From positions 1 to 64,000 of the forward strand of contig JAKFBS010000001.1 of assembly GCA_036677065.1 (NCBI GenBank): DNA of 64,000 nt. The letters are read 5' to 3'. A program made the position numbers and the translations under genes. How positions within the stretch are numbered: position 1 is the first letter of the stretch; each line of letters begins with the position of its first letter. The notes under the pieces were generated by a model. It ran no database searches. It saw only the letters and a list, made by a program, of their open reading frames with translations, and had not been told where the DNA came from. Shown here piece after piece: positions 37,280 to 47,320 of the stretch. The DNA comes from Bdellovibrio sp. (GTDB taxonomy: Bacteria; Bdellovibrionota; Bdellovibrionia; Bdellovibrionales; Bdellovibrionaceae).

Positions 37280-38899
37280 TTATTCTTTAGCCTTATGGGC
37301 GATCGGATAACGACGTCCACGTCCGAATGAATGCTCCGACATTTTTAAAATCGGCGGAGCCTGCCATCTTTTAAATTCAGTTTTCATCAATTGCTTAATC
37401 AGCCATTTTTCGGTTTCAGACTTAGCCTGTTTTTTCTTCTCAACGATATTTTGAACTGCTTTATCCAGCAATTCATACGCTGGTAGACTGTCTTGATCTT
37501 TTTGATCAGGGCGTAATTCTGCACTTGGCGGCCTACGGATAATAAAATCAGGAATGATTTCAATTTCTTTATTGTAGTGTTCGCAAAGATCTACGATTTG
37601 TTTTTTTGTTAAATCACCTAATGGTGCAAGCCCACCGCACATGTCTCCGTAAAGAGTCGCATAGCCTGTGGCATATTCTGATTTATTTCCCGTCGTTAAT
37701 AATAAACTTCCGGTAAAGTTTGAATAAGCCATCAAAAATAAACCACGGATGCGTGATTGCAGATTTTCGTGCATTAGTCCAAATTGTGGAACTTCAAATT
37801 CTTCATCTAAAATCGTTTTGATAAATTCGAATGTCGATTGAATAGAAATCGATTTTAATTCAGAACCTAAGTTTAAAGCTAATTGCCTAGCATAGATCAT
37901 GCTTAATTCAGCATTGTACTGAGTTGGTAGCGCGAAAAGCTTAACATTGTTTGAACCAAATGCGTCTACTGCAAGGGCCGCCACTAAAGCTGAATCAATA
38001 CCGCCTGATAAACCTAAATGAACTTTATTAACACCAATTTTTTGGCCGTAATCTTTTAATCCAAGAACTAAAGCTTTTCTTAATTCTTCAGTTGGAGAAT
38101 CAAACTTATGGCTTGGACTCCACGTTTCTAACGTATTTAGATCAATAACATTCGTATCTTCGGCAAAAGATTGCGCTTTAAATAAAATTTTATCTTTTGG
38201 CGAAACTAAGAAACTTTGTCCATCGTAAACAATTTCATCCTGAGCACCGACTAAATTTACATATAATAACGGCGCTTTAAAGTACTTTGCTGTTTGCGTG
38301 GCTACAAATTGGCGTTTTTTAAATTTGCCAGTGTGAAACGGCGAAGCACTCATATTGATGACTAAATCGATTTTCTTTTTTGGTACTTTTAAAATTGGAT
38401 TTTCTTTATAATCAGAGCCTTCTTTTGTTGGCCAGGCCCACATATCTTCGCAAATGGTTAAGAAAAACTTTTTCTTTCCTATTTGAAAGTAGTTTTGCTT
38501 CATATCACCTTGTTCAATAAAGCGGGCTTCATCAAATACATCACCTGTCGGCAGTAATTGTTTTCTGAATGTTTTAACGATTTTATTTTTCTTACATAAA
38601 AAGACCGAATTAAAATACGGACGGCCTTTTTTATTTTTGTTTTTTTCAAAACCACCAACTAGAACATGCACACCTGTCGGAATCGCTTTTAATATTTGTT
38701 TTAACGCCTTGTTTTGCTGGGTGATTAAAACTTCGCGTTCTAATAAATCAAACGGGTGGTAACCGAAAAGCGAAGCCTCTGGAAAGACAATGAGTTCCGC
38801 TTTTTTTTCAGCCAGGGTTTTAATATGAGAAATGATTTTTTCGGCGTTGTGGCCGAAATCTGCTAGATTTGAATTAATTTGTGATAGGGCTATGCGCAT
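37280..38899 (-). CDS. nadE: Glutamine-dependent NAD+ synthetase
   Basis: FPE, ICEDMW nitrilase domain; GLSGGIDS, ENLQSRIRG, TGNKSE. Confidence 0.95.
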   Translation of the reverse strand: MRIALSQINSNLADFGHNAEKIISHIKTLAEKKAELIVFPEASLFGYHPFDLLEREVLITQQNKALKQILKAIPTGVHVLVGGFEKNKNKKGRPYFNSVFLCKKNKIVKTFRKQLLPTGDVFDEARFIEQGDMKQNYFQIGKKKFFLTICEDMWAWPTKEGSDYKENPILKVPKKKIDLVINMSASPFHTGKFKKRQFVATQTAKYFKAPLLYVNLVGAQDEIVYDGQSFLVSPKDKILFKAQSFAEDTNVIDLNTLETWSPSHKFDSPTEELRKALVLGLKDYGQKIGVNKVHLGLSGGIDSALVAALAVDAFGSNNVKLFALPTQYNAELSMIYARQLALNLGSELKSISIQSTFEFIKTILDEEFEVPQFGLMHENLQSRIRGLFLMAYSNFTGSLLLTTGNKSEYATGYATLYGDMCGGLAPLGDLTKKQIVDLCEHYNKEIEIIPDFIIRRPPSAELRPDQKDQDSLPAYELLDKAVQNIVEKKKQAKSETEKWLIKQLMKTEFKRWQAPPILKMSEHSFGRGRRYPIAHKAKE

Positions 38900-39290
38900 G
38901 GTGGTCCTCACATTGGGCAGCATCTTGTTCAGATATTAGAATACGCCCTGTGAAGCCATCTTGGTAGCCATGTTGAAACAAAATTTTTGTTTCAGGAAAT
39001 TTCCAGCAAAAATAGCCCGATCCGTTATCAAAATCAGCAAGCCACAACCCCTTAGGGCGTAAACCTAAGCGCTCAAGTTTGTTTTGCCATTTTTCAATGA
39101 TTTGATTGATACGAGTCTGAAGTTCGCGCGACGAATCGTTGTGCTTATCTTGTAAGGCCTCAACACAGCCCATTAGATATTTCACTTCTTTGCTTGAATC
39201 TTCAGTAATACGGTAAACTAGGGGTAGAATTTCTTCTGCTTCCGCATATGTGAATAATCTGTTTTTTTGAACGTTGAAAATCTCGATCAA
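38874..39290 (-). CDS. DUF2203 family protein
   Basis: FT..EAE..LP, KGLWL.DF, YFCWKFPE..I...H....GF.GR. Confidence 0.8.
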   Translation of the reverse strand: MIEIFNVQKNRLFTYAEAEEILPLVYRITEDSSKEVKYLMGCVEALQDKHNDSSRELQTRINQIIEKWQNKLERLGLRPKGLWLADFDNGSGYFCWKFPETKILFQHGYQDGFTGRILISEQDAAQCEDHHAHSPITN

Positions 39291-39391
39291 TTTGTGTCCC
39301 CTGCCAGAAATTTATCTCTCTTTTATTTGTCATCTGAGATAAAGTTTCAACAAGGAAAACTGTGATTGTATATTATATAGTGACTAAAAAG

Positions 39392-40369
39392 TTAGCTGTC
39401 AGAATTCGAGTAATTCATGAGCTGGCCTCCGAAGAAAATAACCAGGGCCACAATAATACCGATAATCAAAAGCCACTTCAGCATTTGGCCAAAACCCCAG
39501 CTTGATTCTTTTATTTCTTCGACTATGATTTTCTTCTCTGGAGGTTGCTTCATCAGACCTGAACGTGGACCACTGGAGCCACCACCATCGGCTTTAGCAA
39601 TCGCTCTTGCAGTAACCTTACGTTTGTTCGTACTGCGCGTAGATTGGTTCACCAGCTGCTCTGCGTCTTGCCCTAAGAGCTTGCGCGTACGTGAACTGTC
39701 TCTGTAAATAATACGCGATTCGCGCGGCCTACGCTTACGACCTTTACCACCAGCTTCGTCGCCTTCGCTGTCATCTTCAATTAATCTAGAACGATTAGAA
39801 CCTGCGCTAGCATAGCCATCTGCACCTCTGCGGCCTGATCGTTTGATCTGGCCTTCGTCATACGGAGAACTTCCGCTACCGCCGCCCTTACCTACGGCAT
39901 CCTTATCTTTATCTGCACCGCCATCTTTGGAAGACTTACTGCTTGCGCTGTCGGATGCATTCGTTGAATTGTCATCAGATTTTGATCCAGATTTGCCACC
40001 GCTATTTTGACTGCCTTGATTGCTGGTGCTGCCACCGACTGGCGGACGACCCTCAGCAATTGTAAAGGGTTTAAATCCTGATTCACATTTGTATGCAGAA
40101 GTTAAATGTTCTTTTAATCCACTGCCATCACTAAAACTTGCCGAGCCAGAGACACCTAATGCGGGTAGCTCGCCATGCGCCATTAAACATTCAGTATACA
40201 AACCTAAATAATTATTTATGAAGGTGTTCATTCCAGTGAACGCACCTTTCATAATAACAATCAGCCCCACTGCAATTGACACAATTAAAATGTATTCGAC
40301 GACGGCCTGGCCACTATTGCGACCACGCAAAATCGAACGTCTTGTTTTTACTTCTAGCTCTTGTTTCAC
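39392..40369 (-). CDS. Flp/TadE-like prepilin protein with long low-complexity linker and C-terminal TM
   Basis: SGQAVVEYILIV prepilin motif; G/S/D/R-rich middle; terminal hydrophobic helix. Confidence 0.7.
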   Translation of the reverse strand: MKQELEVKTRRSILRGRNSGQAVVEYILIVSIAVGLIVIMKGAFTGMNTFINNYLGLYTECLMAHGELPALGVSGSASFSDGSGLKEHLTSAYKCESGFKPFTIAEGRPPVGGSTSNQGSQNSGGKSGSKSDDNSTNASDSASSKSSKDGGADKDKDAVGKGGGSGSSPYDEGQIKRSGRRGADGYASAGSNRSRLIEDDSEGDEAGGKGRKRRPRESRIIYRDSSRTRKLLGQDAEQLVNQSTRSTNKRKVTARAIAKADGGGSSGPRSGLMKQPPEKKIIVEEIKESSWGFGQMLKWLLIIGIIVALVIFFGGQLMNYSNSDS

Positions 40370-40377
40370 CTATGAAC

Positions 40378-40404
40378 TTATCGGATGATTAGTTCAATTG
40401 GTGA
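40378..40404 (-). promoter_or_regulatory. sigma28-like promoter
   Basis: TCAC-N15-TCCGATAA directly upstream of the pilin-like gene. Confidence 0.5.
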
Positions 40405-41558
40405 AAAATATGAGACGATTTTTATTAGGTTTTTCTAGCAGTATTTGTTTAATTTGTATCAATATGGCACACGCACAGTCTGGTTCGGCGCCCCCCTCAG
40501 CAACTCCGCCTGTACAAGTCACGGTTCCGACCTTTAATCCGGGCAGTCCCCAAGGAGTTCAACAGCCTATTCAAAATGGAACCTCTGGTGCTCCGGCTAC
40601 TGGCGCAGCTGCTCCGATAGGAAAATATTACGAATATCTTTCGTATTGCCGCCAACCTTTAGAATTTAAAAATCCATTATCAGATACAGACTTTGCAATG
40701 GCGCTTGAACCATTTAAAACAACATTCAACAGCAAAAAAACTTTTCCAAATTTAGAATCTATGGTTGATTTTCTGATCAACGAAACACGTACAAAAGAAG
40801 CACGCGCAGTCGTTATTGAAAATAAATCTTTGTTAACCGTGGCTCAGGACAAAGCTTTACAGGCACGAATTCTTATTGCTGACCGCAAATATCGCGAAGC
40901 AATTACTGTTTTAGATTCGGTGCCTGACGAAGGCAAAAATGATTTGCTTGTACTGGTCGAATACTCGCGTGCTTATCGCAAGATAGATAATTTATTCGAA
41001 GCCAAAAGCGCTCTACAAGATGCTATTAAAGTCGATAAAAAACATGGCAACAAATACCTTTTAGATTTATGTATTTTAGAGACTGAAGACTCAAATCACG
41101 CTGAAGTTGACGTGGTTTGCGCGAAAGTTTCAAAGATTTTTCCTAAAGATTATTTATCTTTGATTTACATGGGAATTTCACTTCGCGAGAGACTCAATTA
41201 CAAAGAGGCACAGAAATTATTTGAACGTTCAGCGCAGATTGAAAAGAACGAATTTGCACTATCTTGCTTAGGTGAAGTTTTTTATTTACAGAAAAATTTT
41301 GGTAAGGCGATTGAATCTTTTAAAGCTGCCACAAACATTGAATCTAAATCCGGGCGCGCTCAATTAGGTGCTGCACAATCTTTATATCAATTGCTTCGTT
41401 ATGACGAGGCTTTGCCATATTACATTAAAGCCTGTCAGCTTGATAAGTCGTCAGCGACTAGGTTTCGTGAGGCCCAGCAGCCTCTAGAAGCCGCGAAACT
41501 AAAGGTTTCTACGGCTTACTACCAGGGCATCCAGCAATGCGGTGGCATTCGTTATTAA
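40398..41558 (+). CDS. Secreted TPR protein
   Basis: Signal peptide AHA (start probably ATG 40410), Pro-rich linker, multiple TPRs. Confidence 0.8.
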   Translation: MVKNMRRFLLGFSSSICLICINMAHAQSGSAPPSATPPVQVTVPTFNPGSPQGVQQPIQNGTSGAPATGAAAPIGKYYEYLSYCRQPLEFKNPLSDTDFAMALEPFKTTFNSKKTFPNLESMVDFLINETRTKEARAVVIENKSLLTVAQDKALQARILIADRKYREAITVLDSVPDEGKNDLLVLVEYSRAYRKIDNLFEAKSALQDAIKVDKKHGNKYLLDLCILETEDSNHAEVDVVCAKVSKIFPKDYLSLIYMGISLRERLNYKEAQKLFERSAQIEKNEFALSCLGEVFYLQKNFGKAIESFKAATNIESKSGRAQLGAAQSLYQLLRYDEALPYYIKACQLDKSSATRFREAQQPLEAAKLKVSTAYYQGIQQCGGIRY

Positions 41559-42928
41559 ACGATTCCACCGATAAGGTCGTATTCCATACTTTCAGTGATT
41601 TCAACTTGCACGATATCACCGATTTTAGCTAAGCCATCATTGATTAATACAACGCCATCAATTTCCGGAGCTTGCTGAGATGTACGGCCTTGTAATAATA
41701 ATTCAGTTTCTTCGCTGTAACCTTCAACTAAAACCTCAACTGTTTTACCAATGAAGGCTTCGTGTTTAACTTTAGAAATACCTTGTTGGATCGACATTAA
41801 GGCATCATGGCGGAAGTCTTTGATATGCTCTTCAATTTGGTCAGTCATTTTTCCACCTGGAGTGTTTTCTTCAGGCGAATATTTAAAACAACCTACGCGA
41901 TCAAACTGTTGCTCAGAAACAAATTTTAATAACTCTTCAAAGTTTTCAGCTGTTTCGCCAGGAAAACCCACGATGAATTGCGTGCGGATAACTGCATCAG
42001 GAATTTCAGTGCGGATACGTTTTAACGCGATTTCGATTTCTTCGCGAGTCATCTTACGGTTCATTTTTTTAAGAACGTCGTTATTGATGTGCTGTAACGG
42101 CATATCGAAATACTTTACGAACTTTTTGTTCGATTTCATTAAATCGATAAGTTCTTGCGTAATTCCATCTGGATATAAATACAACATACGGATCCACTGA
42201 ATACCGTCAACTTCAGCTAAGGCTTTTAATAGCTCGACCGGAGTCTCTTTAGCCGTTGGGTCTTTGCGACGTAAATCCCAGCCATAGTCTGTAAAGTCAT
42301 GGCTGATAATAATTAATTCTTTAACACCGCCAGCAGCTAATAATTTAGCTTCGTTAACGATATTTGGAATTGTACGTGATTGTAAGTTACCGCGAATTAA
42401 CGGAATTGCGCAAAATGCACAACGCTTCATACAACCTTCAGAAATTTTTAAGTAAGCTCTGTGTTTAGGTTGCGAATTCACACGCGGAGTAGTTTCTTCT
42501 TGTAAGTAAGTTGGCAAATTAAAGAACGTCTTCTTTTTGTCGCCGGCATCGTGGCTTTTTAAAATCTTAGCGATATTTTGAAATTCACCACTACCAACAA
42601 AAAGATCAGCTTCAGGCAAACCTTCAACTAATTCATCTTTATAACGTTGAGTTAAACAACCAGCTACAACAACTTTTTTGATTTGGCCTTGTTCTTTTAA
42701 TGCCGTCATATCCAAGATTCTTTGGATAGATTCTTTTTTAGAGTCTTCAATGAAGCCGCAAGTATTTACAACAACTGTGTCAGCGTCTTCAGCGTCAGCT
42801 ACAACTTCGTAGCCGTCTTTCATTAATGTACCGGCCATGATTTCGCTATCCACCAAGTTCTTAGGGCAACCTAAGCTGATAAAGTGGACTTTTTTAGGAG
42901 CAGTTTCTGGAGTTATTTTTTGACTCAT
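41555..42928 (-). CDS. rimO: Ribosomal protein S12 methylthiotransferase
   Basis: SLGCPKNLVDSE, NTCGFI, EGC...C.FC.IP..RG, APEIDG. Confidence 0.96.
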   Translation of the reverse strand: MSQKITPETAPKKVHFISLGCPKNLVDSEIMAGTLMKDGYEVVADAEDADTVVVNTCGFIEDSKKESIQRILDMTALKEQGQIKKVVVAGCLTQRYKDELVEGLPEADLFVGSGEFQNIAKILKSHDAGDKKKTFFNLPTYLQEETTPRVNSQPKHRAYLKISEGCMKRCAFCAIPLIRGNLQSRTIPNIVNEAKLLAAGGVKELIIISHDFTDYGWDLRRKDPTAKETPVELLKALAEVDGIQWIRMLYLYPDGITQELIDLMKSNKKFVKYFDMPLQHINNDVLKKMNRKMTREEIEIALKRIRTEIPDAVIRTQFIVGFPGETAENFEELLKFVSEQQFDRVGCFKYSPEENTPGGKMTDQIEEHIKDFRHDALMSIQQGISKVKHEAFIGKTVEVLVEGYSEETELLLQGRTSQQAPEIDGVVLINDGLAKIGDIVQVEITESMEYDLIGGIV

Positions 42929-43608
42929 TGGCTTACGACCTCGTCAGATTTAAGAGCATTGTATTTAAATAGTTTAGAAGATATTTCTGTAGTGAAGCTG
43001 GGCTTTTCAAAATTAATCTGAATTTCAGAACCCACATCGTCTGTATAAGAAAGCTGAGTTAACGTTTTATCTTCTTTTGAAAAAGACAGCGTCATATCTT
43101 TTAACGTTTTAGCTTTGTCTTCAAGTTTCAGGATTAAAGATTTGTTGTCGCTAGAAACTGTTTTGGTTTTAAAATTCGCAAAAAACTTTTTTGGCTGGCC
43201 AAACAAATCTGACAGCAAGCCTAATTGATTTTTACTGTTCATTTTTAAGAAAATAACTTTTCTTTTGCCATCTGGATCAAGTTCTTGATCTGGGTAGGCA
43301 ATTAAGTACGCCTTTTTGCCATCAAAAATCATTTCTGATTTTTTTTCGCCCTCAACAGATAAGTTTAATTTACCCAATTGATGGGTCATGACACCTTTAT
43401 CAGTTGTTTTCGTGCCTAAAACTTTTTTCTCGGTTTGCATTTCAAGTTTGATTTGCACACCAGATTTTTGATTATATTTTTGTAAGATCTTTTCAGCTTG
43501 TGCTTGATCACTAACGGCTTTTTTTGCTAACGCCAGTGATGTAAACGGCATTAATACCATAGCCGACAACAAAACAAAAAATAGACGAATTTGAGAGAGA
43601 AATTTCAT
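42925..43608 (-). CDS. LolA-like outer-membrane lipoprotein carrier
   Basis: Signal peptide; IFDGKKAYL, YTDDVG..I.I.F, LFKY; upstream of rimO. Confidence 0.65.
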   Translation of the reverse strand: MKFLSQIRLFFVLLSAMVLMPFTSLALAKKAVSDQAQAEKILQKYNQKSGVQIKLEMQTEKKVLGTKTTDKGVMTHQLGKLNLSVEGEKKSEMIFDGKKAYLIAYPDQELDPDGKRKVIFLKMNSKNQLGLLSDLFGQPKKFFANFKTKTVSSDNKSLILKLEDKAKTLKDMTLSFSKEDKTLTQLSYTDDVGSEIQINFEKPSFTTEISSKLFKYNALKSDEVVSQ

Positions 43609-43627
43609 GCTCTTGGTATATCAGATT

Positions 43628-44308
43628 TTACTCAAATTCGATAGTCATAGTTTCTCGTCGAAACGCAGTCCAGAGTTCGATGTTTTTGGGACACACTTTT
43701 AGTGTTTTTAAAACGTTATAAGCGGCCTCAAACGAGGCCCCCGTAGTCATGACATCGTCTACGACAACGATCATCTGGTCTGAGCGCATTTGCTCTGTAA
43801 ATTCTTCATTCAGATTAAAGCTAATTTTACGCCGCTGTTCTTTGGTTTTTGTCTTTTGCTCAGTGACATCCGCAGTGTCGATCCTTAACAAAGGCAGCAC
43901 CGAGCCACCACATTGTTCTGCTAAAGCCTGCGCAAAGTACAGCGAATGCTTGCGGCTTTTGCGACTTGGAATCGGTATAAAAATAATTTTTCGGTCTATT
44001 GAAATTCCTTTTAACGAAATAAAATAACGGGCAATTTCACACCACAACGGCTCGGCGATCGGAGACTTTAACAGATAGACGTATTTTGAAAGAATATCGC
44101 TCGCTCCCGGAATCCATTTAAACAAATAGCGAAACCGTAAGCCGGATTTTTCTAATTCTTTGGCTTGGTCTACTGACGCTAAATATTGATCTAAAATATG
44201 ATATTCGCACTTTAAACAAAGCCCGCGGGCATGCACGACCAAGGATCCGCAACCGACACAATCAATAATCCATAACCGATAAAACCAAAAACGCAAATTC
44301 TTCCACAT
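43628..44308 (-). CDS. comF: ComF family phosphoribosyltransferase-like protein
   Basis: CVGC...CLKC zinc finger, PIP, VVVDDVMTTGAS. Confidence 0.82.
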   Translation of the reverse strand: MWKNLRFWFYRLWIIDCVGCGSLVVHARGLCLKCEYHILDQYLASVDQAKELEKSGLRFRYLFKWIPGASDILSKYVYLLKSPIAEPLWCEIARYFISLKGISIDRKIIFIPIPSRKSRKHSLYFAQALAEQCGGSVLPLLRIDTADVTEQKTKTKEQRRKISFNLNEEFTEQMRSDQMIVVVDDVMTTGASFEAAYNVLKTLKVCPKNIELWTAFRRETMTIEFE

Positions 44309-44323
44309 GATGTGGTAGAACTT

Positions 44324-44339
44324 TGCAATTGTTTGGCCG
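44324..44339 (-). promoter_or_regulatory. sigma54-type promoter
   Basis: CGGCCAAACAATTGCA (GG-N10-GC) upstream of comF. Confidence 0.45.
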
Positions 44340-44345
44340 GATTAA

Positions 44346-44816
44346 TTAAATGTTATGATAAGGAATACGTTTTATAATTGTAAAACCGCGATAGATTTGT
44401 TCAAGCGCTACAGTTTCAGCGACTAAATGATTCATCACCATTTTTGAAAGTGAAACTTTAAGCTGGGCGCGACTTTTTACATCTTCAGAAACACCAAACG
44501 CCCCACCGATAATAAACACTAAGCGTTTTTTACCAGACATTTGCGCGGCTTCGATTTGTTTTGAAAACTGAATGGAATCCAAATCTTTGCCTTTTTCATC
44601 AAATAAAATTACGTAATCGTCGTTTGTGATTTTTTTTAGTAAGTCTTCTGATTCTTGTTTTTTCTTTGAGGCAGCATCATCACGATCGGATTTAGATGAT
44701 TTCAGCGAAATCACCTCGAACGGGATATAGGGATTTAATTTTTTAGTGTACGTGGCAACCGCATGATCAAACCATTCTTCTTTGGCTGTTTTGAAGTCAA
44801 ATAGAACGGCTTTCAT
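44346..44816 (-). CDS. rlmH: 23S rRNA pseudouridine-1915 N3-methyltransferase
   Basis: FIIGGAFG, SLSKM..NH, EQIYR....I...PYH. Confidence 0.93.
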   Translation of the reverse strand: MKAVLFDFKTAKEEWFDHAVATYTKKLNPYIPFEVISLKSSKSDRDDAASKKKQESEDLLKKITNDDYVILFDEKGKDLDSIQFSKQIEAAQMSGKKRLVFIIGGAFGVSEDVKSRAQLKVSLSKMVMNHLVAETVALEQIYRGFTIIKRIPYHNI

Positions 44817-44818
44817 AA

Positions 44819-45838
44819 TTATTTTGATCCGGTTTTATCAGTAAGGGTAAACTCTTTACCCTCTTTCCAAAGTTCTTCCATGCGGTATTCTTGACGAACG
44901 AAATCGTAGAATAAATGGACGATCAATGGACCGTAATCCACAACAACCCAACGGCCTTCATCAACACCTTCAACCCCTTGTGGGTAAACGTTGAATTCTT
45001 CTTTAACTGCCTGAATTAAGTTTTCAGCCATTGAAGCCGCATGACGCGTGCTCGTTCCTGAAGCGATTAATGTATAGTCTGTTGTAGTCGAAGTTTCGCG
45101 AATATCGTAACCACGAACCGCGATGCCTTTTTTATCAAATAAAACCTGAGCGCAGAAATCAGTAAATTTTTTGTAATCGCTGATTTTAGCATTCGCTACG
45201 CGGTAAAGTTTGTGTTCTTTGATATAGCTTTCTACCGCTAGTGGTAAAAACTTATCAACAGGACGGCCAACTCGTAATTTTTTGCGCAATTCAGAAGATG
45301 CGATATCTAAATCTTGTAAAGTTAAGAACTCTATTGAACGGCCAGTTGTTAACTCAACTGCGCCGAAGTCGCTTTCAGCCACTAAACCTGATAGAAATGC
45401 CGGAAACTCGCTTTCAGTTTCTGGAATTTGGTAACCCGGACGAGTTGTTACAACAATGTTTACTTCTGAAAGAATTTTTTTATAGTCTTTCCATTCGTTT
45501 AACGTTTCAAAATTATCTGCACCGATGATTAGGTATAAATCTTTTGATTCGTAGGTTTTGCGTAATTCTTTAATTGTATCGATTGTGTAGCTTTTGCCAC
45601 CGCGTTTTAATTCGATATCATCGATGTAGAAAGCATTACCGTAAGTAGCAAATGCCAACTGTGCCATTTTTAAACGGTGTTCGTCGGCCGCTGTTTCAGT
45701 CGGAACTTTTAATGGATTTTGACTGTTTGGGATAATGTGGATTTTATCAAAACCCATCTTTTTTTGTACGGTAGTTAAACTGTTAACGTGACCATTATGA
45801 GGAGGATTAAAACTTCCCCCGAAAATTCCGATTTTCAT
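44819..45838 (-). CDS. nadD: NadD (nicotinate-nucleotide adenylyltransferase) fused to ribosome silencing factor RsfS
   Basis: GGSFNPPHNGH, SYTIDT, IIGAD; C-terminal DKKG, IASGTS.RH, WVVVDYG..IVHLF....R.EYRMEELW. Confidence 0.92.
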   Translation of the reverse strand: MKIGIFGGSFNPPHNGHVNSLTTVQKKMGFDKIHIIPNSQNPLKVPTETAADEHRLKMAQLAFATYGNAFYIDDIELKRGGKSYTIDTIKELRKTYESKDLYLIIGADNFETLNEWKDYKKILSEVNIVVTTRPGYQIPETESEFPAFLSGLVAESDFGAVELTTGRSIEFLTLQDLDIASSELRKKLRVGRPVDKFLPLAVESYIKEHKLYRVANAKISDYKKFTDFCAQVLFDKKGIAVRGYDIRETSTTTDYTLIASGTSTRHAASMAENLIQAVKEEFNVYPQGVEGVDEGRWVVVDYGPLIVHLFYDFVRQEYRMEELWKEGKEFTLTDKTGSK

Positions 45839-45841
45839 TCT

Positions 45842-46903
45842 CTATACCTGTTCTTTATCAGTGTCGTTGTCTTTAATTTTTGAAGCTAAGACTTTTTCAG
45901 CTAGCACTTGTAAAAGCTCGTTAATGTTTTTACCCGTAACGCCTGAAATAGCGTAACCAGTTACATTAAATTTCTTTTTAAATTGCTGTTTAATTTTTTC
46001 AATTTGATCTGCTGATAACAAATCAATTTTGTTAAATACTAAAATTTGTTCACGCGATGATAACGGAAAAAATCCGTCTTTGTCTTTGCTCATCTCATCG
46101 TATTTTTCGATTTCAAAATTGATATCTTGATAATCTTGAAGCGGATCACGGCCACTCATGCCAGATACATCCACGATATGAACAAATAAACTAGTGCGTT
46201 CAATATGTTTTAAAAATTGAATCCCTAAGCCCACACCTAAATGCGCACCTTTAATTAAACCTGGAATATCAGCTACTACGAAATTTGAATAATCGCCCAC
46301 TTTAACAACGCCTAAGTTTGGCGTTAAAGTTGTAAATGGATAATCAGCAATTTTAGGCTTAGCTGCAGAAATACGAGAAATTAATGTCGATTTACCTGCA
46401 TTCGGAAAACCGATAATACCCACATCAGCAATAAGCTTAAGTTCTAAAACGATTTCTTTCGTGTGGTTGTCTTCACCCGGTTGAGCATATTCAGGGGCTT
46501 GGTTTACGCTGGTTTTAAAAAACGCGTTACCTTTACCGCCACGGCCACCTTGTAAAAAGTTAAGCTCGTTAGTTTCAGTTAAATCAAATATAACATCGTT
46601 TGTTTCAGCATCGCGAATGATTGTTCCTTCTGGAACGATCATCACGAGGTCAGCACCATGGTGACCTGAACAATTCGATGCACCACCGTTTTGGCCATTT
46701 TCAGCGTGGTATTTTTTATAAGGCTTATAATCGACTAAAGAGTTGATGTGCTTAGAGGTTTTAAAGATAACATCACCGCCCTTACCGCCATCGCCGCCAT
46801 CCGGACCACCACGAGGAGCAAAAGATTCACGACGGAACGTAACAGCACCAGGGCCACCACGACCAGAAGCAACAGTGATTTTAACTTCATCAACAAATTT
46901 CAT
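45842..46903 (-). CDS. obgE: GTPase ObgE
   Basis: MKFVDEV, GGPDGGDGG, GFPNAGKST, DIPG, NKID; start ATG 46903. Confidence 0.97.
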   Translation of the reverse strand: MKFVDEVKITVASGRGGPGAVTFRRESFAPRGGPDGGDGGKGGDVIFKTSKHINSLVDYKPYKKYHAENGQNGGASNCSGHHGADLVMIVPEGTIIRDAETNDVIFDLTETNELNFLQGGRGGKGNAFFKTSVNQAPEYAQPGEDNHTKEIVLELKLIADVGIIGFPNAGKSTLISRISAAKPKIADYPFTTLTPNLGVVKVGDYSNFVVADIPGLIKGAHLGVGLGIQFLKHIERTSLFVHIVDVSGMSGRDPLQDYQDINFEIEKYDEMSKDKDGFFPLSSREQILVFNKIDLLSADQIEKIKQQFKKKFNVTGYAISGVTGKNINELLQVLAEKVLASKIKDNDTDKEQV

Positions 46904-46974
46904 ATGTCCTTTGCATGCCTTCGGCACGACACCTTTGCGTGCTTGCAGCACGACTTAGATCCGATTAAAGCAAT

Positions 46975-47004
46975 AAAAAAGGAGCCTTCAAGGGCTCCCT
47001 CTTT
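46975..47004 (-). terminator. Intrinsic terminator after rpmA
   Basis: Minus strand GGAGCCC-TTGA-AGGCTCC region followed by T6. Confidence 0.75.
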
Positions 47005-47032
47005 ATGCGAATGTTTGTAAGTGAACTACTTA

Positions 47033-47293
47033 TTACGCAGTTTTTGGGTAAACGCTAACTTTAAATTTATCTTTCGAAAATCTTTCAAATTTAACGTGAC
47101 CTAAAATCACAGCGTAAATCGTGTGATCACGGCCCATTTTTACGTTGTTACCAACATGGAATTTTGTGCCACGTTGACGAATGATAATTGTTCCTGATTG
47201 CACTAATTGGCCACCGAAACGTTTAACACCTAGACTCTTTGCCTGTGAATCCCGACCATTCTTGGTACTACCACCAGCTTTTTTACTTGCCAT
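47033..47293 (-). CDS. rpmA: 50S ribosomal protein L27
   Basis: [24 protein letters not shown]. Confidence 0.98.
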   Translation of the reverse strand: MASKKAGGSTKNGRDSQAKSLGVKRFGGQLVQSGTIIIRQRGTKFHVGNNVKMGRDHTIYAVILGHVKFERFSKDKFKVSVYPKTA

Positions 47294-47320
47294 TGTATAC
47301 TCCGATTTCTCTTAAATTAA

